Part shown: positions 39,476-48,639 of the stretch, piece after piece
How positions within the stretch are numbered: position 1 is the first letter of the stretch
How the letters are laid out: each line of letters starts with the position of its first letter
Assembly: GCA_965541585.1 (NCBI GenBank)
Contig: CBEUCH010000008.1
Coordinates: forward strand, 32,001-96,000
DNA: 64,000 nucleotides
DNA from: an uncultured bacterium
GTDB taxonomy: Bacteria; Zixibacteria; MSB-5A5; UBA10806
Direction of reading: 5' to 3'
Notes under the pieces: model-generated
What the model was told of the DNA's origin: nothing
The model's database searches: none
The model's input: the letters and a program-made list of their open reading frames with translations, nothing else
Made by a program: the position numbers and the translations under genes

Positions 39476-39654
39476 GAAGGAGACGCAAAAGGGAATTTAT
39501 CGGCGTGATATTTAGCTGCTGTAAAGTATATAAACGGATCTATTTGAACAGAAAGAAAGCTGCCTTTGTCGGATGGTGCCCGAAATGCGGGGCGTCAATG
39601 GAAGTGTTATTATCTCCGACCGGTTCAAAATCAAGATTTTTTGAGACGAGATGA
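39472..39654 (+). CDS. 60-aa Cys-rich putative zinc-binding protein (CTG start)
   Basis: AGGAGG RBS at 39461, CTGA overlap with the MFS stop; (M)RRRRKREFIGVIFSCCKVYKRIYLN...GWCPKCG...GSKSRFFETR. Confidence 0.75.
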   Translation: MRRRRKREFIGVIFSCCKVYKRIYLNRKKAAFVGWCPKCGASMEVLLSPTGSKSRFFETR

Positions 39655-39736
39655 TTAATTGGGTTGATTTTTCGAAAAGGTGAGTTATTTTAGTTTAGAT
39701 GGCGACTTGAGCGTTCTGTAGGAGGCCAGAGGAGAG

Positions 39737-40279
39737 ATGTACGAAAAGATCTATGTCGTTCCCCTTGATGAAAACAGCCGAGGGCATGCTGACTGGCTCG
39801 GCCAGACTCTTGCGAAGAAGATGAATTTTCGCCTGCAATCCGGCATCGTGTCCCGCTTGCCGGAGGAGGCCTATAATGCTCAGTCCAATCAATATTATGC
39901 CGTACCCATTCTCTCCAAACTGGAGCTTCTGAAGGGATCCGAGGACGAAATCATCCTGGCGGTTACCGAGGAGGACCTCTATCTACCGAACCAGAATTTT
40001 GTATTCGGCCAGGCTAATTCGGTCGGCCGCACGGCCATTGTCTCATCCGTCAGGTTGAAACCGGAATATCACGGGCTGCCGGAGGACGAGAAGCTCACCA
40101 GAATACGGTTGTTCTCGGTGGCGCTCCATCAGATAGGCCATGTTCTGGGATTGAAGAACTGCGCCGAAGACTGTGTCATGAGGATCGCGTCAAATGTCAA
40201 CGAGCTCGATGCGCGGCCGGATACCTTCTGCCCCAACTGTTTTTTGAATTTGACCCTGCCAACTAAGGTCAAGATTTAG
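39737..40279 (+). CDS. Archaemetzincin (M54)-like protein, probably catalytically altered
   Basis: QYYA..IL, DLY....NFVFG.A, HQIGHVLGLKNC, CVM, FCPNC. Confidence 0.85.
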   Translation: MYEKIYVVPLDENSRGHADWLGQTLAKKMNFRLQSGIVSRLPEEAYNAQSNQYYAVPILSKLELLKGSEDEIILAVTEEDLYLPNQNFVFGQANSVGRTAIVSSVRLKPEYHGLPEDEKLTRIRLFSVALHQIGHVLGLKNCAEDCVMRIASNVNELDARPDTFCPNCFLNLTLPTKVKI

Positions 40280-40452
40280 AAGCTAAATATCAGCCCTCTC
40301 ATCTTAAGAATATAGACAATTCTCATTCCGGTAAATTGTCAGGCCCCGAATCCTCGCGAGACGAAAGAGAACCCCGGGATCTATTTGCGGTATAAGAGAG
40401 TCCTGAGCAGTCGCTTCTAAACTCTGTGTGCGGTTTCAGCTAAAGGATAGCA

Positions 40453-41073
40453 TTACATGGACGCCATCAGTGAATCGAATACAGCTTTTCCCTCCGGCCA
40501 TTTGACGGAAATCGAAAGAGCTCCGCGATGCTCATCCAGCTTAAAACCGGTGGCCTGATCGCCGGGATACTTCTCCCCAAGGATCGTTAAGAGTTCATCG
40601 CTAAATTTGCCCTTATCGCCGTGGCACTTCAGACAGGGAGCCTTCATCTTGATCACTTTCATGAACCGGAAGGACTTTTCCCCGTTCTCGTCGATCCAGG
40701 TGAAGTATTCATCTCCGGCGGTAGCCGGCCTGTTTTCGAGAATCTCGAGGCTCTCTGTTTCAAATTCATCCGGCGCATTATTCGGATTGCGGTAACTGGC
40801 GCTTACCCTCTTTACGGTCCATCCCGGCAGGCTTGAATAGCGGGCCGATATTTCCGGTGCCCTCTCCGCGCAGATCCTTATGGCTGCAATTTCTCCGGAG
40901 TCCTCGAGTACGGCATAAAGCTCGGTCTTTAATTCATCCATGAAACCACTTACCACATGCCTGGAGGCTTTAGCCAGTTCAGCGTCGGGTGCCGCTTTTT
41001 CTCCGCAGTTCATGATTGCCAATAGGAAAATGCAGGATATCAAAACGGTGAAAATACTGATAGGATTTCGCAT
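40453..41073 (-). CDS. DUF3365-type c-heme-binding lipoprotein
   Basis: Lipobox-like Cys (IMNC), RVS..YRNPNNAPD.FE, CLKCH, YP.D.A.GF. Confidence 0.85.
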   Translation of the reverse strand: MRNPISIFTVLISCIFLLAIMNCGEKAAPDAELAKASRHVVSGFMDELKTELYAVLEDSGEIAAIRICAERAPEISARYSSLPGWTVKRVSASYRNPNNAPDEFETESLEILENRPATAGDEYFTWIDENGEKSFRFMKVIKMKAPCLKCHGDKGKFSDELLTILGEKYPGDQATGFKLDEHRGALSISVKWPEGKAVFDSLMASM

Positions 41074-41161
41074 GAATCCACCTTTCATTTTCTGTATTAT
41101 AGAGTGGATAAGGATCTAAGCGCAAGGTAAATCGTCATCGGTTTTTGATAAAACAAAATAG

Positions 41162-41190
41162 TTGCACAAAAGTGCATTATGTGATAATAT
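41162..41190 (+). promoter_or_regulatory. Sigma70-like promoter overlapped by a palindromic operator
   Basis: TTGCAC-17 nt-TAATAT with extended TG; inverted repeat TGCAC-AAAA-GTGCA at 41163-41176. Confidence 0.55.
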
Positions 41191-41221
41191 GACATTTGAG
41201 AGGGTAGCGCGAGAAAAGGTT

Positions 41222-43495
41222 ATGCAATTAATACAGGTTTTAGATAAGATCAAAACGGCCAGGGAGTTCGGTCCCAATATATGTCACTGGCATATATCGC
41301 CGCCGGGCGATGGCAAATTTGCTGATTTTCCCGAGACTGTCGATACGAAATTAGCCAATGTCTTAAAATCTATAGGTATCAATAAACTTTACAGCCACCA
41401 GGCAGAGGCTTTCGAGACCGCGTCTCAAGGCAAGAATTTTGTGGTCGTCACACCGACAGCATCGGGTAAGTCACTCTGCTATAATCTTTCCGTCATGAAT
41501 CATCTCCTGACCAAGGATCCAGAGGCCCGGGCTCTGTATATTTTCCCCACCAAGGCACTGTCTGCGGATCAGGTTGATGAGCTTTACTCCATGGTCGAGG
41601 CCTGCGGCGCTGACATCAAGACCTACACCTTCGATGGAGATACTCCGCAATCGGCCAGGGCGGCAATCAGAAGGGCCGGTAATATCGTAGTCACCAATCC
41701 TGATATGCTGCATTCCGGGATTCTGCCCCACCACACCATCTGGGTAAAGCTGTTTGAGAATCTGAAGTATGTGGTCATCGATGAGTTGCATCACTACCGG
41801 GGCGTTTTTGGATCGCATCTGGCCAATGTTCTCCGACGTCTCCAGCGCCTCTGCGAGTTTTACGGCTCGAAACCACAATACATACTCTGCTCGGCAACGA
41901 TCGGCAATCCCCGGGAGCTGGCAGAGAAAGTGACCGGCCGGTCAGTCGACTTGATAGATAATAACGGTGCGCCGACGGGGGAGAAACATTTTATATTTTA
42001 CAATCCACCTGTGGTGAATCGCCAGCTTGGCATCCGGAAATCATCGGTGAACGAGGCGGCTCGCATCGCAGGCATGTTCATAGGAAATAACATCCAGACC
42101 ATCACATTCGCGCGCAGCCGGGTCAGGGTGGAGATTCTGACAACCTACCTCAAAGACCAGCTTGCCATCCAGAAGGTGCCTCCCGAAAAGGTTCAGGGAT
42201 ACAGGGGAGGCTACCTACCCAATGAGAGAAGGGCGATTGAGAAGGGGCTTCGTTCGGGCGAGATTCTCGGCGTAGTCTCCACGAACGCCCTGGAGCTTGG
42301 TATCGATATCGGCGGCCTCGATGTCTCAGTGATGTGCGGCTATCCGGGTGGGATAGCCTCCGCCTGGCAGCAGGCTGGGCGGGCGGGGCGCAAGACCGAT
42401 CTCTCGGTGGCCATCATGGTGGCATCATCATCGCCGCTGGATCAGTTCATCGTCAACCACCCCGAGTATTTCTTCGGTAAATCTCCGGAGGAGGGAATCA
42501 TCGATCCGGATAACCTCTCGATTCTCGTCAGCCATCTCAAATGCGCGGTGTTCGAACTGCCGGTTGAGCAGACCGAATCGTTCGGCGCCGCACCGACCAG
42601 CAGGGTCTTGGATTTCCTGGCCAAAGAGAGGCTGGTCAAAAAATCGCAGGATAAATACCATTACACGTCCGACATATATCCGGCCACGGAGGTTTCACTG
42701 CGCTCGGCGTCTGCCGAAAATTTCGTCATCATGGATGAATCCGACGGCGGCCGGGCTGTAGGGGAGGTCGATTATTTTTCAGCGCCGGAAATTGTTCACC
42801 CTGAAGCCATATACCTGCACGGCAGCCGCCAGTACCAGGTTCGTGATCTCGACTGGGACGGCAGACGCGCTTATGTTATTCCGGTGGAGGTGGAATATTA
42901 CACCGACGCTGAATCCAAGGTCACCATCAAGGTACTGCATACTGACCAGGAGGAGGCGATCCGGGAGGGAATAAAAATGGCCCTCGGCGATCTATCGGTG
43001 AGCCGGGTGGTGGTGGGATATAAGAAGGTCAGGTTCCATACGCATGAGAACCTGGGCTGGGGTAATGTTCATCTGCCGGAACAGGAGATGCATACCGGCG
43101 GTTTCTGGGTATCGTTTCCCGATGATATAAGCGAAACGCTGAATCTGACTAAGGAGAAATTAGGCGGCGCTATGCAGGGGGCGGCGCATCTTCTAAGGCA
43201 GATCGTCCCGATATGGATTTTGTCCGATCCGGGGGATATCAGGTCGGTGCCCATGGTCAGGTCGCCGTTTACGGAACAGCCCACTATTTATATTTGCGAA
43301 TCGATACCGGGTGGCGTGGGGTTTGCCCGACGGATATTCGATATGTTCGATGAGATCGTCAAAGGCGCGCTCTCTCTGGCCGGGGAATGCCCGTGCAAGG
43401 AGGGGTGCCCGTCGTGTGTCGGCCCTGCCATAGAGACCGGCGAGGGGGGTAAAGACGGGGCGGTGGCGCTGCTGAAGCTTTTGGCTGGCCGGTAA
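41222..43495 (+). CDS. MrfA/Hrq1-like DEAD/DEAH helicase with C-terminal DUF1998 Zn domain
   Basis: LYSHQ, TPTASGKS, PTKAL, DELH, SAT, QQAGRAGR, CPCKEGCPSC. Confidence 0.92.
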   Translation: MQLIQVLDKIKTAREFGPNICHWHISPPGDGKFADFPETVDTKLANVLKSIGINKLYSHQAEAFETASQGKNFVVVTPTASGKSLCYNLSVMNHLLTKDPEARALYIFPTKALSADQVDELYSMVEACGADIKTYTFDGDTPQSARAAIRRAGNIVVTNPDMLHSGILPHHTIWVKLFENLKYVVIDELHHYRGVFGSHLANVLRRLQRLCEFYGSKPQYILCSATIGNPRELAEKVTGRSVDLIDNNGAPTGEKHFIFYNPPVVNRQLGIRKSSVNEAARIAGMFIGNNIQTITFARSRVRVEILTTYLKDQLAIQKVPPEKVQGYRGGYLPNERRAIEKGLRSGEILGVVSTNALELGIDIGGLDVSVMCGYPGGIASAWQQAGRAGRKTDLSVAIMVASSSPLDQFIVNHPEYFFGKSPEEGIIDPDNLSILVSHLKCAVFELPVEQTESFGAAPTSRVLDFLAKERLVKKSQDKYHYTSDIYPATEVSLRSASAENFVIMDESDGGRAVGEVDYFSAPEIVHPEAIYLHGSRQYQVRDLDWDGRRAYVIPVEVEYYTDAESKVTIKVLHTDQEEAIREGIKMALGDLSVSRVVVGYKKVRFHTHENLGWGNVHLPEQEMHTGGFWVSFPDDISETLNLTKEKLGGAMQGAAHLLRQIVPIWILSDPGDIRSVPMVRSPFTEQPTIYICESIPGGVGFARRIFDMFDEIVKGALSLAGECPCKEGCPSCVGPAIETGEGGKDGAVALLKLLAGR

Positions 43496-43542
43496 CCGTT
43501 GTCGATGTAAGCTGAATCGGGCGAATATCAATTTCAACATAT

Positions 43543-43590
43543 TGTCATTCCCGACACCGATCGGCCATACGGCCCGTATGGGGAATCCAG
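43543..43590. repeat. REP-like palindrome (GTCATTCCC...GGGAATCCAG type) with inner hairpin
   Basis: TGTCATTCCCG...CCATACGG-C-CCGTATGG-GGAATCCAG. Confidence 0.7.
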
Positions 43591-43607
43591 AATGGTAGCA
43601 AAAGATC

Positions 43608-43650
43608 GTCGGGTTTTGCCCATGCTAAGGCGGCCTGAAACCCGACCTAC
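43608..43650 (-). repeat. GTAG-type REP-like palindrome overlapping a stop codon
   Basis: Minus strand GTAG-GTCGGGTTT...AAACCCGAC; its TAG is the stop of the 43647-45785 gene. Confidence 0.7.
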
Positions 43651-45785
43651 GGGCTACTGTCGTCATGTTCCCGAATAAGTCTCAACGACCCAGGGCAATC
43701 CGGGCAGCTGGAGGCCTCCGACGTGCCGCGATAAGCCTCGATCTCGGTGACGACATCGTTAAGCTCCAATGCCACGCAATTACCGTTGGGGTCAGCCGTA
43801 GGCGTGAAGTTATCACCATGCGGTGGGCAAGGGCATTCGTACGGTGGAACTACCGAACCTCTGTACATGCCGATCAAAGTCACCACGTCGTCCAATTCCA
43901 GGAATGTGCCATTATGGTTGACATCACCGGCTATATATTCACAACTGCATCCCACGCCCAGGGCGCCGATAGTTTCTCCGTTTTCGCCGGCCCCGATACA
44001 GCAGGATGTCTCCTGGAGGCGATAATTATCGAATTCCATACTACAGAAATCGGGATTACAGTTGATATTTCCCTCGCCTTCCCAGCCGCCCTGGATATCG
44101 CAGTAGGTGATAGAAGGATCGTTCCCATATCCATAATTATATATTTGAGGGTCTTCCGGCGCGTAATTATCCCAGAGAATGTTATTGATATAATCGTGAT
44201 CACCATAATAGACCCAGTTAAAGATACCGCCACCCCGGGTACCGGACGTATTACCTACAATGGTATTATTTTTCACCAGGGCCGTACCATAGAAAATCGC
44301 CATAGCGGCGCCAAAGGCTTCTATATGATTATCGTAAAATAAATGTCCTTCAACCAGCAAATCGCAAAACCGGGATTCGAATCCGCCACCGTGGCCATAG
44401 AGATAATTATCATAAAATCTGTTGTTTGTGACGTTTAAAGACGAATCCCATATCCTCATACCGCCTCCGGGGCCCCGGTCTCCATTACGAATAGAAAGGC
44501 CGGTTACAGTCATATCCCCCCAGCAATATACCATTGATATGCATCTGCCCGGCACTGCACTATTGATAATGGTAGTAAAGATATCGATTTGGTTACCTGA
44601 ATCGATATGGTTTGATGCTATTACAGCGTTTTTTCCCACGATCCCGATATTCTCGTAATATGTTCCGTTATCCACGATCACCGTATCGTTATGATTTGTC
44701 AAATCAACCGCGAATTGTATGGTTCGATAGGGGTATTCATAGGATCCGTCGCCGGACTCATCGCTACCGTTGGTAGCAACGTAAATTCGATTTCCCCCGG
44801 AACAGTCGGGATGATAATCAAAATATACGCCGATATCGGAACGGCTGCCGTCGGGATCTTCTATCGATGGATCGCCCGCGTCAATACAGGGAGACGACTG
44901 ACAGATATTAAAATCATCATTCTCCAGGTCAACGAATTGCGCGTATTCGTCTATATTCCCTTCGCCCTCCCAGCCGCCTTTAATATTGCAGTAAGTTACG
45001 CTAAAGGTCGAGTTCTGGCCATAGATTTCAACATAATCTTCACTTTGCCAGAAAATACTATTCTTAATTGTGGCTTCAGTATCAAGAAGATATAATCCAA
45101 AATAATATCCATTCAAGCATACTGTATTATTGATAATTTCAGTTGACGTGCATCCTTCAAGGTAAATCAAACAAGGAATACCCCAGACAGCTCCGCAGTT
45201 GTTTCTAATCAATATATTATTCGAAATTACGGTCCCGTCATTCGAGATGCATGCAATACCGCTTCCCCCGCCTCCCATGTCAGCGGTTAAAATGTTACCT
45301 ATAATAATATTATCCTTTATTAGCATGGTCGAGCCCATTGAATAAATGCCCGCACCGTAGCCATCACCGCTGAAGTTTTCCGAAATTATATTATTGAGGA
45401 CGCGTGGATTGCTATTGGAACAATATATTCCCGCTCCGTTAACGCTCCGCCCATTTTTGATTGTAAAACCTATAAGTTCCGTAGATGAGTTCTCTCCGCT
45501 TTCAAAAGTAACCACCGACTCATATAGCCCGTCGGCATCGATGACCGTTGCCGAAATATAGCTGGTATCGTCAGTGGTAATAAACAGCGAACCTAAAACA
45601 ATATTATGCCCGTTGAAATTGATGCTCTCATAATATGTCCCCGGGTGAACGAGCACGGTGTCGCCGTTTGCGGAGGCATCTATGCCCTGCTGAATAGTCG
45701 GGTAATCATCGGGGATGTTGATGATGCTGGCCAAGGCGGGCATAGAGATGATCACCGAAAATAATATTGTATGGCGAATTATCAT
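43647..45785 (-). CDS. Secreted parallel beta-helix protein with C-terminal dockerin-like domain
   Basis: Signal peptide, two PTIQ..ID..DTVLV..GTY beta-helix modules, SPCIDAG, GDVN.NG...ADPNGN dockerin-like repeat. Confidence 0.8.
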   Translation of the reverse strand: MIIRHTILFSVIISMPALASIINIPDDYPTIQQGIDASANGDTVLVHPGTYYESINFNGHNIVLGSLFITTDDTSYISATVIDADGLYESVVTFESGENSSTELIGFTIKNGRSVNGAGIYCSNSNPRVLNNIISENFSGDGYGAGIYSMGSTMLIKDNIIIGNILTADMGGGGSGIACISNDGTVISNNILIRNNCGAVWGIPCLIYLEGCTSTEIINNTVCLNGYYFGLYLLDTEATIKNSIFWQSEDYVEIYGQNSTFSVTYCNIKGGWEGEGNIDEYAQFVDLENDDFNICQSSPCIDAGDPSIEDPDGSRSDIGVYFDYHPDCSGGNRIYVATNGSDESGDGSYEYPYRTIQFAVDLTNHNDTVIVDNGTYYENIGIVGKNAVIASNHIDSGNQIDIFTTIINSAVPGRCISMVYCWGDMTVTGLSIRNGDRGPGGGMRIWDSSLNVTNNRFYDNYLYGHGGGFESRFCDLLVEGHLFYDNHIEAFGAAMAIFYGTALVKNNTIVGNTSGTRGGGIFNWVYYGDHDYINNILWDNYAPEDPQIYNYGYGNDPSITYCDIQGGWEGEGNINCNPDFCSMEFDNYRLQETSCCIGAGENGETIGALGVGCSCEYIAGDVNHNGTFLELDDVVTLIGMYRGSVVPPYECPCPPHGDNFTPTADPNGNCVALELNDVVTEIEAYRGTSEASSCPDCPGSLRLIREHDDSSP

Positions 45786-46681
45786 TTCAACAACACCATC
45801 ATCCTCGTCTCGGTATACTCACCCGCCTGAATCCTGTAGAAATACATGCCGGATGAACGGTCGCTGGCATCCCACACAACCTGATGATAGCCCGCTGGCT
45901 GTTCTCCTTGAACTATCGTTTCCACCCTGCGGCCGAGGATGTCGTAGATGTTGATTATAACGTGGGATGGTTCGGGCAAAGTGTAATTAATGATAGTGGA
46001 TGCGTTGAAAGGGTTGGGCTGGTTTTGAGCCAATGAAAAATCAGAGGGAATCATGGGAATAGGATCGATACTGATCTCCGGCTCAAAGTATAGCCCGCAG
46101 TAATCCTGCTCCGGCACGACGCTTCCGCCCGGCGGAGTTTCAAAAGACCAGGTAGTTCCCTGCCCGCTATGCGGATACCAGCCTATGGAAAACGGGTAGT
46201 ATGTATCATCTATAGGAACATCAGTATTGCAGGTCATACGAAATGAGCCGTAGTAATCCCATTCCCCCTGGGTATCTAACGGATCACCCTCAGGACCGAA
46301 AACTGTATATAAAGCCGCCTGCATTTCGCAGGTGTAGCCCGGAGGAATCGGGAAATCATCGTCAGGGTTGTAGATATATGGGCCATCGACCCAAACCGAC
46401 TCCCAGTTGGGCATATCGTAGTCGGGATCAATTTCTGCGCCGTTACGTAATACAATAACAGCGTCCTCAGACATCAGGCCATGTGCAAGACCGACAATGT
46501 AAGCTGAGTTACCGGGGTCAGTTCTTACCCACATCTCAATTTCTATATCCTCTCCATTGTGCACCGTCAAAACTCCGGCATTATCCCCCTCCAGTGGCCC
46601 GAAGACGATCTTGTTGGATTGGGCGGAGGCTATAGATGCTGCAAATAACGCAAACAACGATACAAACAATACTCTATTCAT
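45782..46681 (-). CDS. Secreted protein with C-terminal secretion (T9SS-like) domain
   Basis: Signal peptide; QNQPNPFNAST...IYDILGR...SSGMYFY...MVLLK. Confidence 0.8.
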   Translation of the reverse strand: MNRVLFVSLFALFAASIASAQSNKIVFGPLEGDNAGVLTVHNGEDIEIEMWVRTDPGNSAYIVGLAHGLMSEDAVIVLRNGAEIDPDYDMPNWESVWVDGPYIYNPDDDFPIPPGYTCEMQAALYTVFGPEGDPLDTQGEWDYYGSFRMTCNTDVPIDDTYYPFSIGWYPHSGQGTTWSFETPPGGSVVPEQDYCGLYFEPEISIDPIPMIPSDFSLAQNQPNPFNASTIINYTLPEPSHVIINIYDILGRRVETIVQGEQPAGYHQVVWDASDRSSGMYFYRIQAGEYTETRMMVLLK

Positions 46682-46699
46682 CGCATCCCCCTTAACATT

Positions 46700-48091
46700 T
46701 TATTTCAACAGAACCATTTTCTTCGTTTCAGCATATTCCCCCGCCTGTATTCTGTAGAAATACATGCCGGATGATTGATTGCTGGCATCCCAGGTGATCT
46801 GACGATAACCCGCCTGCTGATTTTCATTAATAAGCGTCTCCACCCTGCGGCCGAGGATGTCGTAGATGGTGATTATGACATCGGAGGGTTCGGGCAGGGT
46901 ATAGCGGATGAGGGTGGAAGCGTTGAAGGGGTTGGGATAGTTCTGGGATACGGAGAACCTATCAGGCGAGGGGATTTCGTCATAGTCGATTCCTACCAAG
47001 AGCGAATCACCGCCGCCATAAGCGCCCATATCGCTTCTTATGGCTCCCAGCCCCCAGGAGCAATTCAGAAGGCTGTCAAGAATATCAGGATGCCCCGCAT
47101 CGATGCAGGGAGAATCAAAAGAATCTCCGCAGGCGGTGGACATGAGATGGAAATCGCCGTTTTCAGGATCACGGAAGAGAGGGTCGGCATCGATGTTGCC
47201 CTCACCGGGCCAGCCGCCCTGGATGTTACAGTAAACAATCTCAGGCGGCAGCTCGATACGCAAGAATACCTCATCTGGCTCATTTTCATAGACAATAGAA
47301 TTTATAATAATAGAATTCGGACTCCAACAGTAAATCCCTCCGCCCTGCACAATAGAAATGTTCCGACTGATTGTATTGTTGGCAATTAGAATGTCATCAC
47401 CACATATAATCCCCGCACCTTCGGCAGCGTAATTTCCAACAATGCTATTATTAGCGATAATAACACTACCCCAGCCACATATTCCGCCACCATATCCAGA
47501 TGAATTGTTTATGATTCTATTACCTATGATTAAGCTGTTAGCACAATCGCAATAAATCCCACCCCCGAACGATACACCCCTTGCATGATTATCTCTGATG
47601 AGGTTATTCACTATTTTTGAACTTGATCCAGTGCACAAGATCCCTCCGCCTGCTGTGGTTAGACTGGATACGATATTATTCTGAATAATATTGTGTGAAA
47701 TTACAGGGCTGGATGACAAACAGATGATCCCTCCTCCGAAGGCGTAATCATAACCGTTCTGCAACGTGAATCCAGAAATAGCTGAGGTGCTATCCTCCCC
47801 GCTCTCAAAAGTAACTACTGACCCGGATTCATTACCATCGATAACCGTTTCCGCTATATACGTTGTATCCCCCGTCATTAAAAACAACGACCCCAGCACA
47901 ATATTGTGCCCGTTAAAATTGATATTCTCTACATACGTCCCCGGATGAACCAGAACGGTGTCGCCGTCATGGGAGACGTCTATGCCCTCCTGAATGGTCG
48001 GGTAATCATAGGGGATTTCGATGATGGTCGCCTGGACAGGTATATATGCAAACACAAGCAACGCTATAACGAAAATGTATGCTCTTTTCAC
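46700..48091 (-). CDS. Secreted parallel beta-helix protein with C-terminal secretion (T9SS-like) domain
   Basis: GTG start with GGAGG RBS; YPTIQEGID, GGGI.C repeats, QNYPNPFN tail. Confidence 0.82.
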   Translation of the reverse strand: MKRAYIFVIALLVFAYIPVQATIIEIPYDYPTIQEGIDVSHDGDTVLVHPGTYVENINFNGHNIVLGSLFLMTGDTTYIAETVIDGNESGSVVTFESGEDSTSAISGFTLQNGYDYAFGGGIICLSSSPVISHNIIQNNIVSSLTTAGGGILCTGSSSKIVNNLIRDNHARGVSFGGGIYCDCANSLIIGNRIINNSSGYGGGICGWGSVIIANNSIVGNYAAEGAGIICGDDILIANNTISRNISIVQGGGIYCWSPNSIIINSIVYENEPDEVFLRIELPPEIVYCNIQGGWPGEGNIDADPLFRDPENGDFHLMSTACGDSFDSPCIDAGHPDILDSLLNCSWGLGAIRSDMGAYGGGDSLLVGIDYDEIPSPDRFSVSQNYPNPFNASTLIRYTLPEPSDVIITIYDILGRRVETLINENQQAGYRQITWDASNQSSGMYFYRIQAGEYAETKKMVLLK

Positions 48092-48237
48092 ACAGTCCTC
48101 CCGCTCAATGGAACCATTATAATTATAAGGCCTTTGTCCGGTTTGGCAAGGGAATTGTGCCCGCTTTCCCTCATTACCTGCTAGCCGTCAAATCCTGGCC
48201 ATACGGCTTGTCCTGATTTGCTAAGACCGCTCATGCT

Positions 48238-48264
48238 GTAGGGGCGAGGTAACCTCGCCCCTAC
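48238..48264. repeat. GTAG-type REP palindrome
   Basis: Perfect inverted repeat GTAGGGGCGAGGT-A-ACCTCGCCCCTAC. Confidence 0.85.
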
Positions 48265-48301
48265 TAGCAAGAAAAAAATCCATCAAAACTAAAAAAACCT
48301 C

Positions 48302-48330
48302 TTGACACCTGCACGAATGTTCAGTATTTT
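48302..48330 (+). promoter_or_regulatory. Sigma70 promoter with a palindromic operator in the spacer, heading the helicase/phage-head module
   Basis: TTGACA-17 nt-TATTTT; CTGCAC-GAAT-GTTCAG at 48309-48324. Confidence 0.6.
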
Positions 48331-48438
48331 GGGGCCGGAAAGAAAGTAGAGGGAGGCTGGAACAACGCAGGCGATGGTTAACCTGTTATCATGTAACGTA
48401 TTATGATTATCGAGAATCTCAATATGAAGGGAGGCAAT

Positions 48439-48633
48439 ATGACCAGGAAAATGGAATACGACCTTTTCGCCGCACAAAAGCGATGCAATTGCGGCGGGGG
48501 TCTGATTTACGACGGACAGCTGATGGTCTGTGTCGGCTGCTACGATATTTTCTGCCCGAGCTGTTTTAACAGGGCCGTAACCGAGGGCGGATGTTTCGCC
48601 TGCGCGCTTTGCGGCTGGAGCGCATGCATATAG
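48439..48633 (+). CDS. Small Cys-rich zinc-finger protein
   Basis: GGAGG RBS; CNC, CVGC, CPSC, CFACALC in 64 aa. Confidence 0.65.
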   Translation: MTRKMEYDLFAAQKRCNCGGGLIYDGQLMVCVGCYDIFCPSCFNRAVTEGGCFACALCGWSACI

Positions 48634-48639
48634 GCAATT

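Noticed and set aside
40330..40440. Possible structured RNA or ribozyme between convergent genes
   Set aside because: Only weak pairing and no recognisable conserved core.
41222..43495. DUF1998 helicase as part of a DISARM/Druantia-type defence system
   Set aside because: No methylase, nuclease or other defence partners adjacent; the architecture fits a stand-alone MrfA-like repair helicase.
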